A DNA stretch of 52,801 nt from Ignavibacteria bacterium. GTDB taxonomy: Bacteria; Bacteroidota; Ignavibacteria; Kapaibacteriales; UBA4661. The first letter of the stretch is position 1. Each line of letters begins with the position of its first letter. The notes beneath the pieces are model-generated. The model had not been told where the DNA came from. It was given only the letters and a program-made list of their open reading frames with translations, and ran no database searches. Made by a program: the position numbers and the translations under genes. The DNA is taken from assembly GCA_013298375.1 (NCBI GenBank), contig JAAFHM010000001.1, positions 1 through 52,801 of the forward strand, given 5' to 3'. Positions 20,039 through 29,309 of this stretch are shown piece after piece.

Positions 20039-22294
20039 TCAAATATTCAGCCAATACGTGATTTTGAGCGCCACGCCACGATTACGAATACTCCACCTGG
20101 TTGCATCGTAATTATCGGTATAAACCAAAAAGACATCCGACATCGGTGCAAAGCGCCATTGGACGCGGGTGTTGAGGTTTACATTGTTGATTTGCGTATT
20201 GTACTGCAAAAAAGTCGTAAAAAACAATTCTCGCGTTGGCGTAAAATCAAGTTGCATACTCATCAGCGTCAATTCATTGGAGTTGTACGGCTGCGGAAGC
20301 GTGATATAATCTCGTTGGAAATTCAATGTCATTGACCCAAATGGCTGGAGTCTATACGTCATGGAGCCATTTAAGCGCGTATTTTGCCCGTTAAAATGCC
20401 CGCCAGTGCGCACCGACGCGGTCACATTAAACGGCGCTCTGCGGTCGCTGCCAAATTCCGCGCCGTATCGGTAATAGTGATAATCGCCAATGGGAAGCGC
20501 CCGGGTGTCGTCGCCCATACCACTAGCATCAAAAGGCGAAGTGAGTTTTGTAAAAATTGATCCGCCAAAGACCGAAGCAAAGACCGTATTGGCAAAACTG
20601 ACATAATACCACGCAAAATTAGAGCGGTCAAGTGGCACAAAACGACCGCTATTGTCAAAGTACCAATCGCCTTCCACGCCCCATCCATGCTCATTCACAA
20701 TGCTACGGTCGCTTGGGTAAAAAGTCTGTCCGATGTTTGGTTGCGCTCGCCAAACGCCTGTGCGTGGCACGAAACCTACTTCGGGGCTGTAATTCGAGCC
20801 GATATATTCATGGTTCCAGTTAATTTCCAACCCCGGAACGCTGTATCTGAGCCATCCTGCGGATGCAAATTGGTCGGGCTTACTTATTGGTGTAAAATTT
20901 TGATGATAAAAGAGCTTTCCTGACCAAACGCCGTCGTTACTGAGCAGATTAAAGTCCACGCCCAGAACGCGGTTGAAATTATTGCCATCTTCTTGCTTAA
21001 AGTTATCACCTTGACGATTGACGAAAATCATCCCGATATTGGAGCGTCCAAAGAGTCGTCGTTGAGCCGCCGCAACCGTATAATTTTGCGTAGCAAGCCC
21101 TTGTTCGGGTTTCGCCGATGTTTGCATCGTCATCAAGCCCACACGCCAGTTGTCATCAATGTTTCCACTCAACCGTGCGCCAATAGGGATAGCAACACTT
21201 TGACCATCGGATAAGCCGATTCTGCGCGAGAAAAATGGGCGAATCTGCGAAAAGCCGTATTGCGAAAAAAGATCGCTATTTTCGATAAAAAACTGACGCT
21301 GTTCAGGAAAAAACAGGCTAAAGCGTTGCAAATTTGTTACTTGGCGGTCAACGCTAACATTAGAAAAGTCAGGAAAAACGGTCAAATCCAGATTAAGCGA
21401 TGGAGTGAGCGCCCATTTAACATCACCACCCAGATTCCACCCAAATTTCGGCGTGTTTGCGCCTTGATAATCATGGTTGACTATTCCCACGGCGGATGGA
21501 ATTACGCTCATATTCAAGCCACTGGCATTCGGCGGTGTATCCCATTCCAAAATTCCGCTATGTGCCATCGAAAAAGCATTGAAGTTGATGGGAAACCGTG
21601 TCCATGTTGACAGTTCATTCCGTCCCCAATCCCACCGAGCAATGTTGATACGCCAGCGCTTGCGACCACTTTCAAAACGGATTGCACGAAACGGAATGGC
21701 AAATTCTGCCGTCCATCGGTCTTTTTCCGTATGCACTTCAGAAAACCAAACATTATCCCATGACCTGTCCATGCCGAAATTTCCACCATTGGCAACGAAG
21801 CCCTCACTTTGAACACCGACGGGCGAAACACGAAAACCAAAACCGGTTTGCCCCGTACCAAGCGGGTCAAGAATAATCATCACGCCATCGGATTCATCAG
21901 CGCCAAAATCGCGGCGGAGTGATTGAAAAAAATATTTTCCTGCGGTAGAGTCAAAACACGTAAACGAAAAATACATATACTCCGCATCGTACAGCGCCCG
22001 CACCTCGACTTGGTTGCGAGTGGGGATGGAGTCAATAGGATAATGTTGGAAGAAATTACTAATGAATGGCGCTTGTTTCCACGCTTCCTCGGTTGGTTTG
22101 CCATCAATCGTGATTTTACCCGATGACGGGACAATATGAAGGACATAGTTGTCAAATGCTGCCGATTGAACGCGCTGCGAACGATTTTCCTGCGCTGGCG
22201 CAGAGTCTTGTGCTACAAGTGTCCCCGATGTAGCATAGATAACACCAAGCATCATAAAAACTTGGCAATGGCGAAAAAAAGAAAAAAGTCTCAC
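20039..22294 (-). CDS. DUF5916 / carbohydrate-binding family 9-like outer-membrane-associated protein
   Basis: A signal peptide is present. The N-terminal DGKPTEEAWKQAPFISNFFQHYP resembles the CBM9-like module that precedes the DUF5916 beta-rich region. The aromatic-rich C-terminal end ...ALKITYWLNI resembles the last strand of a beta-barrel. Confidence 0.65.
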   Translation of the reverse strand: MRLFSFFRHCQVFMMLGVIYATSGTLVAQDSAPAQENRSQRVQSAAFDNYVLHIVPSSGKITIDGKPTEEAWKQAPFISNFFQHYPIDSIPTRNQVEVRALYDAEYMYFSFTCFDSTAGKYFFQSLRRDFGADESDGVMIILDPLGTGQTGFGFRVSPVGVQSEGFVANGGNFGMDRSWDNVWFSEVHTEKDRWTAEFAIPFRAIRFESGRKRWRINIARWDWGRNELSTWTRFPINFNAFSMAHSGILEWDTPPNASGLNMSVIPSAVGIVNHDYQGANTPKFGWNLGGDVKWALTPSLNLDLTVFPDFSNVSVDRQVTNLQRFSLFFPEQRQFFIENSDLFSQYGFSQIRPFFSRRIGLSDGQSVAIPIGARLSGNIDDNWRVGLMTMQTSAKPEQGLATQNYTVAAAQRRLFGRSNIGMIFVNRQGDNFKQEDGNNFNRVLGVDFNLLSNDGVWSGKLFYHQNFTPISKPDQFASAGWLRYSVPGLEINWNHEYIGSNYSPEVGFVPRTGVWRAQPNIGQTFYPSDRSIVNEHGWGVEGDWYFDNSGRFVPLDRSNFAWYYVSFANTVFASVFGGSIFTKLTSPFDASGMGDDTRALPIGDYHYYRYGAEFGSDRRAPFNVTASVRTGGHFNGQNTRLNGSMTYRLQPFGSMTLNFQRDYITLPQPYNSNELTLMSMQLDFTPTRELFFTTFLQYNTQINNVNLNTRVQWRFAPMSDVFLVYTDNYDATRWSIRNRGVALKITYWLNI

Positions 22295-22426
22295 GAAAAC
22301 GCCCTTAATGATAAAAAAACGTGATGGGTGCGCCGCTGCTGAACCAGTAACAATGCGGCTTTCGATAAAAGCTGATGTGGTGACAAACGGGAAGTATCAT
22401 CGCTATACGAACTGTGCGTCAGAAAG

Positions 22427-23146
22427 TTACACGGGTTTTTCTTGAATATTTGCACCGTAAACAGCCTCAACATGAGGTTTTTCAATCATCAAGTAAAAAA
22501 GCCATACACAGGCTTGATTAATCGCCACCATCATGAGTCCCATCAGTGAACCCGCCATGAAAGCCGAACCGTAGCCGTGCAGATGTCCAACGCCATACAT
22601 AGGATTACGGAAAATTTTGTACGGACCCGCCACACGAAATTCTCCTACGGGGCGGCGCAAAAAAAGGTCGCGGTAGTAGTACGTGTCAATGCCGACGATA
22701 TGGGTCGCCCAAATTTTTGTGGGCAGTCCAATGGAGGAAAGCGCAAGACCAAGAGTTGTCCAAGCATATTCCGGCGCATAACCGAATAGCAATCCACCAG
22801 ATGTTGTGCAAGCAAGCGCCGTACTTGCGCCATTGTGAAAAAAGACAAATGCCATAAGCGCCTCATAACGCCGAAAGCCTTCCTCTTCGCCGTAGCGAGC
22901 AATAAAGCGTTTTGTCCAGCCATTCGGGGCGAATATACCGAAAAGAAGAACGTAGTGGATAAGCGTTGCCCCTGCAAAATACCATACTGCAACCGTGACG
23001 CTATTTATGTGTGTCAACCACAGATATAATGCCAGTGAAAGCAGTATTGATGCGGCTCTGGCAATCGTCATGCGGCGCACAACCACGCCGCTCATAGCAA
23101 GAAGAATTTCGATTATTCGTGCGAAATGATGAATGAGAGGGCGCAT
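22427..23146 (-). CDS. Polytopic membrane methyltransferase (PEMT/ICMT-like family)
   Basis: There are several hydrophobic helices. The C-terminal motif GPYKIFRNPMYGVGHLHGYG is typical of phospholipid or isoprenylcysteine methyltransferase-like proteins. I chose the start at 23146 (MRPLIHHF) so that it does not overlap the DCC gene. Confidence 0.6.
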   Translation of the reverse strand: MRPLIHHFARIIEILLAMSGVVVRRMTIARAASILLSLALYLWLTHINSVTVAVWYFAGATLIHYVLLFGIFAPNGWTKRFIARYGEEEGFRRYEALMAFVFFHNGASTALACTTSGGLLFGYAPEYAWTTLGLALSSIGLPTKIWATHIVGIDTYYYRDLFLRRPVGEFRVAGPYKIFRNPMYGVGHLHGYGSAFMAGSLMGLMMVAINQACVWLFYLMIEKPHVEAVYGANIQEKPV

Positions 23147-23183
23147 AAAATCTGGGGTAGGTGATGGAAGATTGGAACGAGAA

Positions 23184-23621
23184 TTATGGAAGAAAGCGCC
23201 TTGCCAGTTCTGGTGTTGGAATGCGGCAGTTTTCGCTTTTTCCAAACCACCGATACCGATTGCGAGCAAGAGCGCGATAGACCGCATTCCGCATAAATGC
23301 TGGAACGATGAGACCAATCACTGCAATACGCCAGAATCCGCCAAGTGCGGCGATTATGCGCAGAATTGCTTCGGAATGCGTAATGAAGCGGTCATTGGTG
23401 TAGAGAATCACCGTTGAAAGGTCATTCGTTGGAAGATGCTGATGCTGCTTGCGCAAAAGGTCAAAGGTGATGCCTTGCAGTGGTGCAAAGCGTAAGTGTT
23501 GGTGCGGGTCGTGGTCAATGAGCCAGTTGACCGTAGCATTGCAAAGATTGCATACGCCGTCGAAAAAGATAATATGCTCATACTCGCCAAACGTCGTGAT
23601 TGCTGTTGTGTCGGGCTTCAT
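23184..23621 (-). CDS. DCC-family thiol-disulfide oxidoreductase (DUF393)
   Basis: IIFFDGVCNLCNATVNWLIDHD contains the DxxCxxC signature of the DCC family. The size is 145 aa. Confidence 0.8.
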   Translation of the reverse strand: MKPDTTAITTFGEYEHIIFFDGVCNLCNATVNWLIDHDPHQHLRFAPLQGITFDLLRKQHQHLPTNDLSTVILYTNDRFITHSEAILRIIAALGGFWRIAVIGLIVPAFMRNAVYRALARNRYRWFGKSENCRIPTPELARRFLP

Positions 23622-24163
23622 GGTTGCTGCGGTAGTTCTAATATTTGCTTGAAATGCCGCGCCTCGTGCATGGCGATAAAGGTAATCCAGAGCAGCCCTG
23701 GCAGTGCGCCCAAGACGGGATGCGGGAAAGCGGTGCGCAGCATATCATCAGTGGTCGTTTTTGAACAGTTAAGATGAAGGCGTTCACGCGATTCACCCAA
23801 AAGTCTGAGGCAATCGGCTTTTGAAGGTGTTTCTTGCGGTGCAAGTCCTTCGGGTGCTTGAATTTTTGTTGAGCGGTCGGGAATGACCTTGTTCATGCGT
23901 TGCCATGTTTTGATAACCGATTCGTCGCTCCACCGCTCTTGTTTTTCTCCTTCTGTCATTCTCCGAATGACCGACGCGGAACTGCGTTCCACCAGATGCA
24001 GATGATGAAGATTATGCTCCAACGACCACACTCTTTCGGCTGGTGCGAGAAAAACCGTATCTGTTACCGTTTGCAAAAGGATTTGCCGCATTGTATCGGC
24101 TTCTTTTAATGCCTCTTCGATGCCGTTCGGGGGGGCGAGAAAAATATTCGTAAGAGTTTCCAT
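23618..24163 (-). CDS. DinB-superfamily protein
   Basis: Histidines are spaced as in DinB/YfiT four-helix bundles (HNLHHLHLVERS ... IAMHEARHFKQI). The stop overlaps the DCC gene start by 4 nt. Confidence 0.65.
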   Translation of the reverse strand: METLTNIFLAPPNGIEEALKEADTMRQILLQTVTDTVFLAPAERVWSLEHNLHHLHLVERSSASVIRRMTEGEKQERWSDESVIKTWQRMNKVIPDRSTKIQAPEGLAPQETPSKADCLRLLGESRERLHLNCSKTTTDDMLRTAFPHPVLGALPGLLWITFIAMHEARHFKQILELPQQP

Positions 24164-24187
24164 AGAGAAGAAAATGTGAAAACGTTG

Positions 24188-24220
24188 AAAAAAAGCCCGT
24201 ACTTTTGCGAAGTACGGGCT
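24188..24220 (-). terminator. Rho-independent terminator of the TPR lipoprotein gene
   Basis: An 11-bp perfect stem (AGCCCGTACTT 24194-24204 with AAGTACGGGCT 24210-24220) has a 5-nt loop. On the minus strand it is followed by a U-run (plus-strand A7 at 24188-24194). It sits 25 nt past the stop at 24245. Confidence 0.8.
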
Positions 24221-24244
24221 GGAAATCTTGCTTTGAATCTCGAA

Positions 24245-25936
24245 TTATTTCGCTCCGGCTTTGCGCAGTGCATCGGCTTTGTCGAGCGATTCTTTTACTT
24301 TGTCATTTTTCTTTTGCTTGCCGTAAATACGTGCCATTGTTTCGTAGAAACGAGGATTTTTGTCGTTTGCGTACTCTAATCCGGCAAATTGACCAGCCGC
24401 ATTGCGATAGCCTTCTTTGTCGTCAATAACGTCGTAGGTATTGATAAGCTGGTCGAGAACGTTCAAATCACGGTCTTTGCCCGGCAATTTGCGATATTTC
24501 TCGAAATACTCTGCGGATTGCTTCAAGTATGGGAAATACTTCGTGTTGTCGAGTTTGTATTCAGGTGCTTTTTTGTCCTTTTTGCGAGCTGCTTCTGCTT
24601 TGTCGAATTTGTCCTGCTCTTCTTTCTGAATAGCGCTGGCTTTATTTTTCAAGGCTGCTGCGAGGTTGAAGGTAGCGATTTCGGATTGTGGATCAATTGC
24701 CAATACCTTTTTGAAAATATCAATGGATTCGTCCAATTTCCCGGCATTGGAGAGCATCGAGCCATATTGTGCGAGGCTGTTTTTGTCGTTCGGATTTTTG
24801 GCGATACGGTCTTTGTATGCCGCCATTGCTTGGTCGAGTTTGCCGCCTTCGGTGTAGATGGCTGCTTGCAAGTTAAGCAATTCTTCATTGCTTGGGGTCA
24901 TCAGCAAACCGTTATCGGTGTACTTCAGCGCTTTATCGTAGTTTTTTTGCGAATAGTAATTGTAAGCGGCATAGTAGTTAATTTGATTGTTGAACGCATA
25001 AAAACGATCGCGCTCATAATCTGCCCACGATGCCGGAAGCCCAGTTTTGAAGCCCTCAAGCGTGAATTTACCATCTTTGTTGCGTGGGAAATACGCAAGA
25101 ATTTCTTTGCCATCAAGCATAAACTTGTCCATGACAACAGTATCCGGTGGCGGAGCTACGCCCTTGCTACCCGCCGGAGTGCCGAGTTTCTGAAGTGCAT
25201 CGCTACGCTCTGCGCCAAGAAGCACGCCACGCGAAGCAAGCGCCGTGATAGCTGGTTGGTGCATTTCAATATATTTTTCGTAGGTAGCAAGCGCATTGAC
25301 GGTATCGCCTGCGCCCTGATATGCGCCAGCAATAATCGGATAAATATCCGCATTCTCTGGCTTCATGTCCGCAGCCGCCGAAAGGGTTGTTGCCGCTTCT
25401 TTGAGTTTTGCAGCTTTTGCCTTTTCGTCGTCCATTGCAACGCCGGCATTGTAGAGTTCCACGCCTTTATTGAAGCCATTTGCCCAGCCTTCAAACATAT
25501 AGCCGCCGATTTCGGAACGTGCTTGTTTTCCTAATTTGTCATCGGCAAGCAATTTTTCTGCTTGTTTGAAGGAAACAAGCATACTGTCGTTATTACCAAG
25601 TTCTTTACTTGCTTTGCCGAGCAGAAACCATGCCTCGCCGATATTAGCACTCGTGGAGCCTTTGAGGACTTCGGTTTGCAAATTTGCGTATGCCGTTTTG
25701 TAGAGTCCCGAAATATCGTCTTTTGCCTTCGCAACTTTTACAGGGTCTTTTTGCAACGCCAACAAGCCTTTTTGCTGCTCTGCTTTGGTCATTGCCTGAC
25801 GCGCTGTGGTGAGTTCTGCTGCTCCGCCACCGCCGCCGCAACTATACAGCACGATGCTACCGAAGAGGCTTGCCGCGCTGAGGGTTTTCGAGAGTACGAG
25901 TTTTTTCACTGTGGGGTCTCCTTCCAAGAGTTTCAC
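24245..25936 (-). CDS. TPR-repeat lipoprotein
   Basis: A lipobox (IVLYSC followed by GGGGG) precedes repeated 34-aa A/Y/K-rich TPR-like units. An alternative GTG start at 25909 (VKKLVLSK) has a GGAGA 7 nt upstream and gives a cleaner signal peptide. Confidence 0.8.
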   Translation of the reverse strand: MKLLEGDPTVKKLVLSKTLSAASLFGSIVLYSCGGGGGAAELTTARQAMTKAEQQKGLLALQKDPVKVAKAKDDISGLYKTAYANLQTEVLKGSTSANIGEAWFLLGKASKELGNNDSMLVSFKQAEKLLADDKLGKQARSEIGGYMFEGWANGFNKGVELYNAGVAMDDEKAKAAKLKEAATTLSAAADMKPENADIYPIIAGAYQGAGDTVNALATYEKYIEMHQPAITALASRGVLLGAERSDALQKLGTPAGSKGVAPPPDTVVMDKFMLDGKEILAYFPRNKDGKFTLEGFKTGLPASWADYERDRFYAFNNQINYYAAYNYYSQKNYDKALKYTDNGLLMTPSNEELLNLQAAIYTEGGKLDQAMAAYKDRIAKNPNDKNSLAQYGSMLSNAGKLDESIDIFKKVLAIDPQSEIATFNLAAALKNKASAIQKEEQDKFDKAEAARKKDKKAPEYKLDNTKYFPYLKQSAEYFEKYRKLPGKDRDLNVLDQLINTYDVIDDKEGYRNAAGQFAGLEYANDKNPRFYETMARIYGKQKKNDKVKESLDKADALRKAGAK

Positions 25937-26175
25937 AAGATTGAAAATGAACGTGAATTATTGTTCTGAATGTGCATCATAATCATTGCAACCTGTAAAC
26001 TTACGAAAAATTGTTTTTTGCTGAAAACTCTCTCTGCATTAAGCGTGAAAAAATTTCCGAAAAATCCCGAAAAACTGCGTATTGCATTGGTAGAAAAAAG
26101 TTTGTTTATGTATCTTTGCTCTTTGCGTTTCGAGTATTCGTGACTATGTAGGCGCGTAAAACGCTCTCGTATTCG

Positions 26176-26274
26176 CCCCCTTGATAAAGGGGGAACGGGG
26201 GATTAAACGCTTAGACACCGCTTAGAATCTCTGTCATACGCAGAAAATCCCCCGTTCCCCCTTTGTCAAGGGGG
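26176..26274. repeat. 29-nt G5/C5-rich inverted repeat (28/29 match) with a 41-nt spacer
   Basis: CCCCCTTGATAAAGGGGGAACGGGGGATT at 26176-26204 pairs with AATCCCCCGTTCCCCCTTTGTCAAGGGGG at 26246-26274. Each arm also contains its own mini-hairpin (CCCCC-N8-GGGGG). The spacer carries the duplicate CGCTTAGA...CGCTTAGA. Confidence 0.85.
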
Positions 26275-26371
26275 TAAATTAGTGGAATTTCGTGCGGTCT
26301 TGGACAGTTACGTCTGCTTATTCCAATACCGCAACGGTCACACTCTTTATCATCATTCTTGTTCTGACGGA

Positions 26372-27490
26372 ATGAAAAAAATTTTGGTTATTGAAGACGA
26401 GCAATTCGTCCGCGAAAATATTGTTGAAATCCTAGAAGCAAGTGGTTATGCGGCTGTCAGCGCTCCCAATGGTGCGGTGGGTGTTGCGCTTGCTAAAGAA
26501 CACTTGCCGGATATTATTCTTTGCGACGTGATGATGCCGGAATTGGACGGACACGGCGCATTGCGGGCGATTCGCAGCAATGCTTCGACGGCAAATATTC
26601 CCTTTATTTTCCTGACAGCCCGCGCCGATACAAGCGATTTGCGGCACGGAATGAACCTTGGAGCGGATGATTACATCACTAAGCCTTTTCGCGTGGCAGA
26701 ATTGCTGAAAGCTATTGAAATGAGGCTTACTAAGATTGATACCGTGCGGGAATCAGCAGAAGAAAAATTGCGATTACTGAGGGCAAATATTAGTTTGTCT
26801 TTGCCCCATGAGTTTTTAACGCCGTTGAGTGGTATTTTGGGCTTTTCTGAGTTACTACTCTCCAGCTATGATATGCTTTCGCGTGAAGAAATTTTGGAAA
26901 TGCTTGAGCAGTTGAATACCTCCGCACGGCGTATTCATCACCTTGTTCAGAATTTTTTGCTGTATGCAAAGCTCGTCTCTCTTGCCAGTGAGCGCTCGAA
27001 AATTCATATCGAAAATTATGATGCCGTTCTCTCACCGGAGAGCATTATTCAGGAGATTGTTTTCTCCAAGACACACGAAATATCTCGTGTTGACGATGTT
27101 ACGATGACACTCTGCGAGGATGTTCCCTTGGCAATGAGTTCCCTGTATTTTACAAAAGTGATACAGGAAATTATTGACAACGCCCTGAAATATTCGCGTG
27201 TCGGTACGCCAATTACCGTTATTGCCAGTCATAACGATCGCATCTACACCGTTGAAGTCAAAAATTTCGGACGGACGATGACCTCTGAGCAGATAGCCGC
27301 TATCGGCGCATATACCCAATTCGAGCGACAAGTCTATGAGCAGCAAGGTTCCGGCTTAGGATTAAGCATTGTGTTGAAACTCCTCGAACTTCACGACGGT
27401 CATTTTCTTATTCAAAGCGAAGAAGGCGAAACCCGTGTCCGGCTTGAAATCCCACTTGTCGCACATTCCTTACGAGAGTCTCTTTCCTAG
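26372..27490 (+). CDS. Receiver-domain / histidine kinase hybrid (REC-HisKA-HATPase)
   Basis: The receiver is MKKILVIEDEQ...IILCDVMMPELDG...ITKPF. The H-box is SLPHEFLTPLSGILG. The HATPase region has IIDNALKYS and GSGLGLSIV. Confidence 0.85.
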   Translation: MKKILVIEDEQFVRENIVEILEASGYAAVSAPNGAVGVALAKEHLPDIILCDVMMPELDGHGALRAIRSNASTANIPFIFLTARADTSDLRHGMNLGADDYITKPFRVAELLKAIEMRLTKIDTVRESAEEKLRLLRANISLSLPHEFLTPLSGILGFSELLLSSYDMLSREEILEMLEQLNTSARRIHHLVQNFLLYAKLVSLASERSKIHIENYDAVLSPESIIQEIVFSKTHEISRVDDVTMTLCEDVPLAMSSLYFTKVIQEIIDNALKYSRVGTPITVIASHNDRIYTVEVKNFGRTMTSEQIAAIGAYTQFERQVYEQQGSGLGLSIVLKLLELHDGHFLIQSEEGETRVRLEIPLVAHSLRESLS

Positions 27491-27497
27491 TGCCATT

Positions 27498-28478
27498 ATG
27501 AACAATACCTTTGCTGCTTTTACAAGCGTTCACGATGTTCCCGATATTGCCTCACTGCTCGAAGAAGCGCTCCGTATCAAGCAAACGCCGCTTGCCTGGA
27601 GCGAGATGGGGCGGCATAAAACCCTCGCGCTTGTTTTTTTTAATTCCAGCCTTCGCACACGCCTTTCAAGCCAGAAAGCCGCATGGAATCTGGGTATGAA
27701 CACCATGGTTGTGAATGTCGGCACAGAAAGCTGGAAATTGGAGATGCACGATGGCGCAGTAATGGACAGCGATACCGTCGAACACATCAAAGAAGGCGCA
27801 GCCGTGATTGGTTCATATTCCGATATTATCGGGGTTCGCGCCTTTGCGTCGTTGACGGATAAAGCCGCCGACACGAGCGAACACACGCTAAGGCAGTTCC
27901 AAAAGTATGCCGCAAAGCCGCTTATGAGCTTGGAATCCGCGCTCCGCCACCCGCTCCAGTCGTTGAGCGATTTGCTCACCATTGAGGAAGTACGCCGCCG
28001 CGAAGGGATGACGCGCCGTCCAAAGGTCGTTCTGTCGTGGGCACCTCACCCGAAGGCATTGCCCCAAGCCGTTCCGAATTCGTTTGCCGAATGGATGCTT
28101 CGTGCTGATGTGGACTTTGTGATTACCCATCCCGAAGGCTATGAGCTTGATGAAACCTTCACGCAAGGCGCTTCTGTCATTACAAATCAGGATGAAGCGC
28201 TCTGCGATGCTGATTTTGTTTATGCGAAAAATTGGTCGGCGTTTCAGGGCGAAAACTACGGCAAAGTCTTGTCCAACAACCCTTCGTGGAAAATTACCGC
28301 CGAAAAAATGCGCCTGACTCGTGAGGGAAAATTTATGCACTGCCTTCCGACGCGCCGAAACGTTGAAGTTGCCGATGAAGTCTTGGATAGCCCTTCATCA
28401 CTGGTGATTCAACAAGCACAAAATCGGGTTGTCGCCGCACAGTCCGTTCTCAAGCGGATGGTAGCGGCAATGTCCTAA
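27498..28478 (+). CDS. argF': N-acetyl- or N-succinyl-ornithine carbamoyltransferase (ArgF' type)
   Basis: Carbamoyltransferase motifs are SLRTRLS, HPLQSLSDL and HCLPTRRN. The overall resemblance is to the acyl-ornithine transcarbamylases of Bacteroidota and Xanthomonads. Acetyl versus succinyl specificity cannot be decided by eye. Confidence 0.8.
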   Translation: MNNTFAAFTSVHDVPDIASLLEEALRIKQTPLAWSEMGRHKTLALVFFNSSLRTRLSSQKAAWNLGMNTMVVNVGTESWKLEMHDGAVMDSDTVEHIKEGAAVIGSYSDIIGVRAFASLTDKAADTSEHTLRQFQKYAAKPLMSLESALRHPLQSLSDLLTIEEVRRREGMTRRPKVVLSWAPHPKALPQAVPNSFAEWMLRADVDFVITHPEGYELDETFTQGASVITNQDEALCDADFVYAKNWSAFQGENYGKVLSNNPSWKITAEKMRLTREGKFMHCLPTRRNVEVADEVLDSPSSLVIQQAQNRVVAAQSVLKRMVAAMS

Positions 28479-28507
28479 TTCCCACTTTTCCAGCCTTGCT
28501 CCCGCCA

Positions 28508-29296
28508 ATGAATCCTCTTATTGTTATTAAAATCGGTGGTAATGTTATTGACAGTGCCGATGCTCTTGCTGCATTTTTGAGCGACCTTGCATCGCTGAAA
28601 GCCGCGTGGATACTTGTGCATGGCGGCGGAAAACTTGCTACCGACTTCAGCGCACGACTTGGTATTGCAACGCAGATGATTGATGGGCGGCGCGTCACCG
28701 ACCAAGCGACGTTGGATGTGGTAACGATGGTCTATGGCGGGCTTGTCAATAAGCGCATTGTGGCGGGTTTGCAAGCGCATGGCGTGAATGCTTTGGGCTT
28801 GACGGGCGCTGATGGCGACATAATCCGAGCAAAAAAGCGGATACACCCAACGACGGATTATGGTTTTGTCGGCGATGTCGAAAGGGTCTCTGCTGAACGG
28901 CTTGATAGCTTGCTCCGACAAGGATTTTTGCCTGTTTTGGCACCGCTCACGCACGATGGCGCAGGAAATATACTCAACACGAATGCCGATACGATTGCCG
29001 CAGAGACCGCATCATCACTGGCAAGTCGGTACGATGTGCGTTTAGTCTATTGCTTTGAGAAACAAGGCGTTTTGCGGGATATTGCCGATGAAGCCTCCGT
29101 CATACCGCGTATTACGGCGCAAGATTATAAGCATCTTCGTGCTTCGGGAGCAATCGCCAAAGGAATGATTCCCAAGATGGATAATGCTTTTGCGGCGCTG
29201 CGGCACGGTGTTCAAGCGGTTACGATTATGAGTGCCGATTCTATCGGGGGTTTGCAGAATGCAGACTCCGTTGGGACAACCATTATTGCAGAATAA
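28508..29296 (+). CDS. argB: Acetylglutamate kinase
   Basis: Amino-acid kinase fold motifs IVIKIGGNVI, LVHGGG and NTNADT are present. It lies within the arg cluster. Confidence 0.88.
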   Translation: MNPLIVIKIGGNVIDSADALAAFLSDLASLKAAWILVHGGGKLATDFSARLGIATQMIDGRRVTDQATLDVVTMVYGGLVNKRIVAGLQAHGVNALGLTGADGDIIRAKKRIHPTTDYGFVGDVERVSAERLDSLLRQGFLPVLAPLTHDGAGNILNTNADTIAAETASSLASRYDVRLVYCFEKQGVLRDIADEASVIPRITAQDYKHLRASGAIAKGMIPKMDNAFAALRHGVQAVTIMSADSIGGLQNADSVGTTIIAE

Positions 29297-29309
29297 CTTT
29301 ACTGATATT

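Noticed and set aside
23147-23317. The longer version of the methyltransferase ORF, which overlaps the DCC gene by 134 nt.
   Set aside because: The overlap disappears with the internal ATG at 23146, and the extra residues are not hydrophobic or conserved-looking.
24389-25534. A 381-aa plus-strand ORF lying entirely inside the TPR lipoprotein gene, on the antisense strand.
   Set aside because: The minus-strand gene has a lipoprotein signal, TPR periodicity, an RBS and a strong terminator. The antisense product is F/V/C/R-rich low-complexity sequence with no motif. It is a stop-free mirror of the A/K/E/L-rich codons opposite it.
26176-26274. The G5/C5 element as a G-quadruplex or as an intrinsic terminator.
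   Set aside because: There are only three G5 runs per strand, and a canonical G4 needs four. No U-run follows the stem on either strand, and no gene ends immediately upstream on either strand.
26282-26371. A GTG-initiated 30-aa extension of the receiver-kinase hybrid.
   Set aside because: Receiver domains begin with the MKKILVIEDE-type strand found at 26372, and the extension runs out of the inverted-repeat element.
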